Below, in pieces: positions 58,246-64,000 of a stretch of DNA of 64,000 nucleotides. The stretch's first letter is position 1; each line of letters opens with the position of its first letter. The DNA comes from Candidatus Aminicenantes bacterium (GTDB lineage Bacteria > Acidobacteriota > Aminicenantia > S016-38). The notes beneath the pieces were generated by a model. That model did no database searches. It was given only the letters and a program-made list of their open reading frames with translations, and had not been told where the DNA came from. The stretch spans positions 8,984-72,983 of the forward strand of contig JALXBI010000009.1 in assembly GCA_026991555.1 (NCBI GenBank), in the 5' to 3' direction. A program made the translations under genes and the position numbers.

Positions 58246-58977
58246 TTATTTTTTGCAGCGGTTTTCAAGATACCACTCAATTTGCTTGACTATTCTCAGA
58301 AAAACCGCCACATCCTGCCTTTGCCAGTAAGTTCTGCCAATGGCCCTTCGGAGGCTCCTTGAAAAATGGTCAGAATCGTTGACCTCGGTAAATTCCAGTT
58401 TTTTCATGACTTCCATCAATCGGGAGTGGAGCAGGGCGAGCCTCTCCTCTTCCGCCAGCCTCTCCTTTACCGAAGGTATGGGGTTCCTCAGGGTATCGTA
58501 TATTATATAGGCGTAGAGCATGGCCGCCTGGGAAAGGTTTAAGGAGGGATAGCTTCGGTATGCAGGTATGGTGGTTACGAAATGGGCAAGCCGAAGTTCC
58601 TCGTTGGTAAGCCCGCTGGCTTCCCTTCCGAACATTATCCCTATTTTATTTTCCCCGGCGAACTTCAGAATTTCCTTGGCCAGTTCCTTAGGTTCCCATG
58701 ATGGGCCTCTCTCTTTCCCGAGCCTTGCCGTGGCTGCAGCTACAATGGAAAGGTCCTTAACCGCTTCGTGGACGGAATCAAATATCTCGGCGTTCTCTAT
58801 TATGTGATAGGACTGGTAGGCCATCATTTTTGCCTGGTCGGATTTAAGGTCAGGGGGATTTACTATTCTTAAATGGCTGAGGCCCATGGTATTCATGGCC
58901 CTGGCCACTGCCCCAACATTCCCGGGATACTGCGGTTCAACCAGGATAAAGTATATGTTATTCAGTTTCTCTTCCAC
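58246..58977 (-). CDS. trmJ: TrmJ/LasT-family SPOUT RNA methyltransferase
   Basis: GNVGAVARAM, FGREASGLTNEE, YPSLNLSQA. Confidence 0.9.
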   Translation of the reverse strand: MEEKLNNIYFILVEPQYPGNVGAVARAMNTMGLSHLRIVNPPDLKSDQAKMMAYQSYHIIENAEIFDSVHEAVKDLSIVAAATARLGKERGPSWEPKELAKEILKFAGENKIGIMFGREASGLTNEELRLAHFVTTIPAYRSYPSLNLSQAAMLYAYIIYDTLRNPIPSVKERLAEEERLALLHSRLMEVMKKLEFTEVNDSDHFSRSLRRAIGRTYWQRQDVAVFLRIVKQIEWYLENRCKK

Positions 58978-59012
58978 TTCTTCTCCAATTTATCACGGCC
59001 TTAAAAGGAATG

Positions 59013-59804
59013 TCAAAGGGGAATCTTATCAAAATATATCTTATCGTCCTTTACCCCATAGAAAACCAGGCTTTTCCCCACGAATTTAAGCCTGGGACCG
59101 TAGGTATGCTGGAAGAACTTGCCCTGCCTTTCCACCTTAACATACTGGCTCAGGAAGAAATCGTATTTGGCCACAGGTTTTCCATCCAAGTAAAGGACCT
59201 GGGGTTTTCCCTCGGTTATGAAGGCCACATGGGTCCATTCCGGGGAGATCTGGATGGTTTTAGCCAGAATCAGGGGATATAGCCCTAAGGATTTTCCGTA
59301 AAAGATGGGCTCCCATTTTTCTCCCCTTTTTACCACGAAGAAATATCCCTTCCCCAATTTAATGCTGTCCCTGAGCACCCCCTCATATGGACCGAATTCC
59401 ACCCCGTTGATGTTTACGAAGAAATCCTTTCCCCTTTTGCCCACAAAGGCGAATTTCTTTCCCTGGAATATTAGGGAGTCCGGGTATACCACATCGTAGG
59501 TTTTGGATTTTCTCGTTTTCCAGTAGGTCCTCCAGCCCTTTTCCCCTAAGGCTATGAAGAAGAGCTCATTTCCTAAAAATCTCAAACTGCCCCTGAGAAT
59601 TCCCCTGTAATTTCCGACCTCCTTGCCGTCCACTACCAGGGTGAATTTTCCCTTATCCTTCTCTACCACAAAGGCCACCTTGGAGAAATCCTCACTTAGA
59701 ACTATGGAGTTCTTTACCACCTTATCTATGGGGCCTTGGTATACTAAACTCGCTGAAAACAATTGAAATGTCAAAAGAAGGGATAATGCCAGAACTCTCT
59801 TCAT
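59013..59804 (-). CDS. Secreted hypothetical protein with beta-propeller-like repeats
   Basis: Signal peptide; repeated AF..K.GK...V.DG....Y units. Confidence 0.6.
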   Translation of the reverse strand: MKRVLALSLLLTFQLFSASLVYQGPIDKVVKNSIVLSEDFSKVAFVVEKDKGKFTLVVDGKEVGNYRGILRGSLRFLGNELFFIALGEKGWRTYWKTRKSKTYDVVYPDSLIFQGKKFAFVGKRGKDFFVNINGVEFGPYEGVLRDSIKLGKGYFFVVKRGEKWEPIFYGKSLGLYPLILAKTIQISPEWTHVAFITEGKPQVLYLDGKPVAKYDFFLSQYVKVERQGKFFQHTYGPRLKFVGKSLVFYGVKDDKIYFDKIPL

Positions 59805-59846
59805 TTTTACCTCCTTGATTTATAATTTTATCCCCGGAGGTGAAAA

Positions 59847-60263
59847 ATGAGAAACGAATTTTTCGAGACCACCATATCCACCAAGGGGTATGCGGATATC
59901 CATGACCTTTCCCCCTTAGTAAGGGAGTTTCTGAGGAAAATAGAGGCGAAAAACGGGCTTCTAACGGTAATAGTTCCGGGTTCCACCGCTGGTATAACCA
60001 CCATAGAATACGAACCGGGTTTGCTGAAGGATTTTCCAGAGTTGATGGACAGGCTGGTTCCCGTAAAAAGGTATCATCACGATAGCACCTGGGGTGACGG
60101 CAACGGCTTCTCTCACCTGAGGGCTTCCCTCATTGGGGCTTCCATGAGCGTTCCCATAAAGGATGGGAAACCCATCTTGGGAACCTGGCAGCAGCTGGTT
60201 CTGGTGGATTTTGACAACCGGCCCCGCTCCCGCAGGGTGGTTTTTCACTACATGGGTGAGTAA
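59847..60263 (+). CDS. yjbQ: YjbQ (UPF0047) family protein
   Basis: GSTAGIT, YHH...DGNGFSHL, LGTWQ, DFD. Confidence 0.93.
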   Translation: MRNEFFETTISTKGYADIHDLSPLVREFLRKIEAKNGLLTVIVPGSTAGITTIEYEPGLLKDFPELMDRLVPVKRYHHDSTWGDGNGFSHLRASLIGASMSVPIKDGKPILGTWQQLVLVDFDNRPRSRRVVFHYMGE

Positions 60264-60264
60264 T

Positions 60265-60471
60265 TCAGTCGTGAACCACGAAGGTTATTTTTAGAAGAAC
60301 CCGGTATTCCTCGATCTCTCCCCTTTCATTTATCTTTACCTCCTGTTCCTTTACCCAGGCAGAGCGGATGTTTTCCACGGTTTTGGCGGTCCTCTCAATA
60401 CCCTGTCTTATGGCGTCTTCGAAACTTTTCTTGGAAGTCGCCTTAACTTCGATAATTTTTGCAACGGACAT
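60265..60471 (-). CDS. Dodecin family flavin-binding protein
   Basis: MSVAKIIE..S.KSFEDAI, AWVKEQ, YRV.LKITF. Confidence 0.9.
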   Translation of the reverse strand: MSVAKIIEVKATSKKSFEDAIRQGIERTAKTVENIRSAWVKEQEVKINERGEIEEYRVLLKITFVVHD

Positions 60472-60531
60472 TTTCCCCTCCTTTTTTGTTTACATGTTAA
60501 CACCATCTGCCCTTTCTGGCAAAATTCTTAT

Positions 60532-61488
60532 ATGAAACTCCTCATCTATTCGCCGGAAAAATACCCCTTCTGGAGATTTCCCCTCTGGCTGGTGGAGGAA
60601 ATAAGAAGGGAATTTCCCTCCCTAAAGGTGGAGGTTAATTTCGGAGACCAACCCTTGGAGTCCCTTATAGCCGATGCCGATGTTCTGATTAGCGGAAGGC
60701 TCTCCCGGGAGGCTTTTCAGAGGGCCAGAAGGCTGAAATGGGTTCATTCCCCCTTCGTCGGGGTAGGGAACATGTTATTTGAGGAAATGGCGAAAAGTCC
60801 GGTTATCATAACCAATTCCCGGGGGGTAAACGCAGAAGCGGTTTCCCTCCACGCAGTCTCCCTTTCCCTTGCCCTTCTCCGGGGACTTCCCTGGGCTTTC
60901 CACCTAAAAACCCTCCGAAAATATGAGCACCGCTTTTTTACCGAAAAATTTATACCCCTGGAGGCCGATGAGGTAAAGGCAGGGGTTTTCGGCTACGGGG
61001 AAATAGGAAGGAGGGTTTTTCGCAAACTTAAAGCCCTGGGCTTTGAAGTGCGCTGTCTCAATTCCTCGGGAACTAAAGGGTGTTTCCCCTTTTCTTCCTT
61101 AGACGAATCTCTGGAAAAGATAAACCTCTTGATAATTGCCGCCCCAAGAACCCCTCAAACCGAAGGCTGCATTGATTTTAAAAGAATGGAGAAATTGGGG
61201 GGTTTTCTGGTAAATGTGGGAAGGGGGAAGATAGTGGTGGAAAAGGACCTGGCCCGGGCCCTTAGGGAGGGAAAACTTAAAGGAGCAGCCTTAGATGTTT
61301 TTGAAAAAGAACCCCTTCCCCGGGAAAGTCCCCTCTGGGAAATTCCGAACCTCATAATAACCCCGCATATTGCTGGCACATCCTCCCTTTTCTGGAAGAA
61401 GCAATGGGAGCTGCTTAGGGAAAATTTAAAGAGATTCTTAGAGGGAAGTCCCCTTATTAACCAGGTGGATAAGAGGAGGGGCTATTGA
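60532..61488 (+). CDS. D-2-hydroxyacid dehydrogenase
   Basis: GYGEIG, NVGRG, ALDVFEKEP, TPHIAG. Confidence 0.93.
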   Translation: MKLLIYSPEKYPFWRFPLWLVEEIRREFPSLKVEVNFGDQPLESLIADADVLISGRLSREAFQRARRLKWVHSPFVGVGNMLFEEMAKSPVIITNSRGVNAEAVSLHAVSLSLALLRGLPWAFHLKTLRKYEHRFFTEKFIPLEADEVKAGVFGYGEIGRRVFRKLKALGFEVRCLNSSGTKGCFPFSSLDESLEKINLLIIAAPRTPQTEGCIDFKRMEKLGGFLVNVGRGKIVVEKDLARALREGKLKGAALDVFEKEPLPRESPLWEIPNLIITPHIAGTSSLFWKKQWELLRENLKRFLEGSPLINQVDKRRGY

Positions 61489-62446
61489 GAAGTTTTTCCG
61501 CTTCCTCCAATATTCTTGAGACAGGGATGTCCTGGACGCAGCGGGGATAAGGGTATGGGCATTTTTTCTCAAAACACGGTCTGCAGGGCAGGGAAATTTC
61601 CAGCACTTTAACCCCGAATTTCCTCCATGGCCTGTAATTTTCCGGGTTATGGGGGCCGAAAATAACCAGGATTGGGGTCTCTGTGGTGGAGGCCAGATGG
61701 GCAGGGCCTGAATCCACCCCTATGAAAATCTCCGCCCTTCCAATAAGGCCCCTTAACTTCCTCAGCCCCAATCCCACCATTTTTACCCCGCTCCTTAAAG
61801 TTTTAATCCTTTTCTCCTCCTCACCGAAGCCAATAAAAATCGGCACAAGGCCCATTTCCCTAAGTCCCCTCCCTATCCCTTCAGCCTGTTCAGGGGAGAG
61901 GGATTTGAGAGGGGAGGCAAAGGGATGAATAACTGCATAGGGTTTTTCAAAAGGAGGAAAGGGCTGGGGAGGGGGGAAATTGTACTCGCCGGGCTTTTCG
62001 CTTATCCCTAATAATTTCAAAATTTCAAACTGGTTTTCTATGTGGTGGGTGTGGGGGGAAATCCTCCGGGGGACAGTTTTCGTATAAAGGAAACCCCAGG
62101 AGGTTCGGAGGCCGTATCTTTCCCTGCAGCACCGGAAGGAGATAAAGGCCGTTCTTGCTCCGGAGTAAAGGTCTATGGCTAAGTGAAGCTCCTCCTTTCT
62201 GAGCCATGTGGCAAATTCCCAGGTCTGCCAGGGGCCCATTCCCTGGGGCATCTTCACCACCCGGTCTATGGAGGGGTGGTCAAGGAAAAGCTCTGCATAC
62301 CTTTTTTCAACTAAGTAGTGTATTTCCCAGGATGGTCTTGCCCTTTTTATGGCATCGGCCACCAAGGTGGCAAGGACCGTATCACCCAGTTTCCTCGGCC
62401 TCAGAAGAAGAACTTTCCTCTCCTTCAAAATAGGCTTCCTCTTCAA
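61457..62446 (-). CDS. Glycosyltransferase family 9 (heptosyltransferase-like)
   Basis: LGDTVL, DSGPAHLA, IFGP, CRPC. Confidence 0.9.
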   Translation of the reverse strand: MKRKPILKERKVLLLRPRKLGDTVLATLVADAIKRARPSWEIHYLVEKRYAELFLDHPSIDRVVKMPQGMGPWQTWEFATWLRKEELHLAIDLYSGARTAFISFRCCRERYGLRTSWGFLYTKTVPRRISPHTHHIENQFEILKLLGISEKPGEYNFPPPQPFPPFEKPYAVIHPFASPLKSLSPEQAEGIGRGLREMGLVPIFIGFGEEEKRIKTLRSGVKMVGLGLRKLRGLIGRAEIFIGVDSGPAHLASTTETPILVIFGPHNPENYRPWRKFGVKVLEISLPCRPCFEKKCPYPYPRCVQDIPVSRILEEAEKLLNSPSSYPPG

Positions 62447-62585
62447 GCATTATGGGAATTCCATCCCTTATAGGATAAATCCTCCCGCATTTTACGCATT
62501 TCAGGCCCTTGCCGTCGGCGGTAAGCTCCACCGGTTCCTTGCAAACAGGACAGGCAAGGACCTCGAGGAGTTCCTTATCTATCAT
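62382..62585 (-). CDS. Trm112/YcaR family protein
   Basis: LLEVLACPVCK, CVKC, YPIRDGIPIML. Confidence 0.9.
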   Translation of the reverse strand: MIDKELLEVLACPVCKEPVELTADGKGLKCVKCGRIYPIRDGIPIMLEEEAYFEGEESSSSEAEETG

Positions 62586-63036
62586 TTTCCCCTCCATATT
62601 GCCGATCAAGGATTATGGTCACAGGCCCGTAATTGAGGAGGCTCACCTGCATTCGGGCCCCAAATACCCCTTCCTTCACCTTTATACCCATCTTCCTCCA
62701 CTTCTCTGCCACCCCCTCAAGCATTTTTTTTGCCCTTTCCGGTTCCTCTGCCTTTGAAAAGGAAGGTCTTCTTCCCTTTTTTATCCTGGCTGCCAAGGTA
62801 AACTGGGAGATAAGGAGAATTTCCCCTCCGGTCTCCAGAAGGGAAAGGTTCATTCTCCCTTCTTCGTCCTCAAAAATTCTGAGCTCCGCCACCTTCCTGG
62901 CCAGAAATTCCATTTCCCTTTCCCCGTCCCCCTTCTCCACTGCCGCAAGAACCACAAGACCCTTTCCTATCTCCCCCACGGTTTTTCCTTCTACCTCAAC
63001 CTTAGCCCAGCTTACCCTCTGAATAACCGCCCTCAT
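62575..63036 (-). CDS. dtd: D-aminoacyl-tRNA deacylase
   Basis: MRAVIQRV, SQFTL, GRRPSF, N.GPVT. Confidence 0.97.
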   Translation of the reverse strand: MRAVIQRVSWAKVEVEGKTVGEIGKGLVVLAAVEKGDGEREMEFLARKVAELRIFEDEEGRMNLSLLETGGEILLISQFTLAARIKKGRRPSFSKAEEPERAKKMLEGVAEKWRKMGIKVKEGVFGARMQVSLLNYGPVTIILDRQYGGENDR

Positions 63037-63557
63037 TTCCTTCCGTAGGCGAAAAGTCCCCCGGCCTGCAGAATTTCCAGCTGGACAGTGGAGGCAGGTT
63101 TTGCCTGGTATTCTTCCCCCTTGGTGAGGTTTTTAACCCTGCCCGTCTCCAGGTCAATCTCCACCTCATCCCCGGAGGTGAATTTCCCCTCTTCTATAAG
63201 CCGGGAGAGTCCGGGAAATTCCATAATGGGAAGGGCGGAGTTTATAGCGTTTCTCTTGTAAATGGCCCCGAAGGATTCGGCAACAATGGCCCCTATTCCT
63301 AAGGCTTTAAAACAGTCCACGGCGTGCTGCCTTGAGGAGCCGGCTCCGAAGTTCTTTCCTGCAAAAATTATGTCCCCGGGTTTTGCCTTGCTGGGAAAAT
63401 CCTCCCATCCTTTGAGGTTTCCCAGGGCGAATTTTCCCATCTGGGAAATTTCGGTGATGGCTAAGTGCTTGTTGTGATAAATCTGGTCGGTGTCAATGTC
63501 GTGGATGGGTTTTCCGCCCTCGTCCACTAAGGTCCATATCCTTCCCTTTATCTTCAT
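63033..63557 (-). CDS. LeuD/HacB-type aconitase small (swivel) subunit
   Basis: DIDTDQI, GKNFGAGSSRQHA, ESFGAIYKRNAIN, GGL; GGAGGT SD. Confidence 0.88.
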   Translation of the reverse strand: MKIKGRIWTLVDEGGKPIHDIDTDQIYHNKHLAITEISQMGKFALGNLKGWEDFPSKAKPGDIIFAGKNFGAGSSRQHAVDCFKALGIGAIVAESFGAIYKRNAINSALPIMEFPGLSRLIEEGKFTSGDEVEIDLETGRVKNLTKGEEYQAKPASTVQLEILQAGGLFAYGRK

Positions 63558-63603
63558 TTTTACCTCCGCCGAAATTATAATATAATTCCCCAGGGAGGTG
63601 AAC

Positions 63604-64000
63604 ATGCTCCAGGGAAAAAGAATAGCTCTTTTAGTAGAGGAACTTTACGACGAATTTGAGTTCTGGTATCCCAAAATGAGGCTTGAGGAAGAGGGAGCCG
63701 AGGTAGTGGTTGTTGCCCCTGAAAAAAAGATTTATAAGGGTAAAAAGGGCTTTCCTGCCCAGGCCGATAGGAGTATCCACGAGGTAAAGGCAGAGGATTT
63801 CCACGGAGTTATAATCCCCGGTGGATATTGCCCGGACAGGCTCCGCCGCTTCCCCGAGGTCCTTGATTTCGTAAGGAAAATTTACCAGGCCGGGAAGCTG
63901 GTAGCCACCATCTGCCACGGTGGATGGGTGCTCATTTCAGCGGGAATAACCAAGGGGAGAACCCTTACGGGATTTTTCGCCATAAAGGATGACCTGGTCA
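63604..64000 (+). CDS. PfpI/DJ-1 family protease/deglycase, 3'-truncated by the window edge
   Basis: MLQGKRIALLVEELYDEFEFWYP..IIPGG.CPD..ICHG; GGAGGTG SD; absent from the ORF track. Confidence 0.92.
   Translation, partial: MLQGKRIALLVEELYDEFEFWYPKMRLEEEGAEVVVVAPEKKIYKGKKGFPAQADRSIHEVKAEDFHGVIIPGGYCPDRLRRFPEVLDFVRKIYQAGKLVATICHGGWVLISAGITKGRTLTGFFAIKDDLV

Noticed and set aside
22920..63605. Longest-ORF starts at 22920, 29060, 33238, 40515, 50188, 53330, 55685, 55783, 58226, 62609 and 63605
   Set aside because: They overlap neighbours or promoters, or lack an SD; downstream ATGs with SD or -10 support and family-typical N-termini were used instead
179..63918. Numerous 60-226 aa alternative-frame or antisense ORFs (e.g. 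17130-17810, 33901-34572, 51124-51789, 63631-63918)
   Set aside because: They are shadows of well-supported genes and have no motifs of their own

Overview
Very compact 64 kb chromosomal segment from a diderm bacterium (Lnt, GT9, outer-membrane beta-barrels). It is probably thermophilic and anaerobic, and an Acidobacteriota/Aminicenantes-like origin is an inference only. About 70 CDS are present, mostly housekeeping (recN, relA/spoT, rpoZ, rpmE-prfA-prmC, hppA, def, tatAC, hisC, cmk, PBP1A, serS, pfkA, HU, dtd), plus tRNA-Ser(TGA) and tRNA-Leu(TAA). No integrase, transposase, reverse transcriptase or CRISPR was seen. The most notable observations are: (1) a coupled operon of one ExbB/TolQ, two ExbD-like proteins, a membrane TPR-like protein and a PrsW protease, with no TonB or receptor in the window; (2) an AAA_14/DUF4143 ATPase gene bracketed by composite direct repeats, with a near-consensus promoter reading into the repeats; (3) about 13 genes with a -10 hexamer 6-7 nt before the ATG and no SD, implying widespread leaderless mRNAs; (4) an operon with an apparently exported M24-fold protein lacking metal ligands, an SSS transporter and a 1139-aa M14 peptidase; (5) a membrane PPase carrying the Na+,H+-PPase signature; (6) an N-terminally extended alanine:cation symporter and an unannotated 42-aa ORF before tatA.
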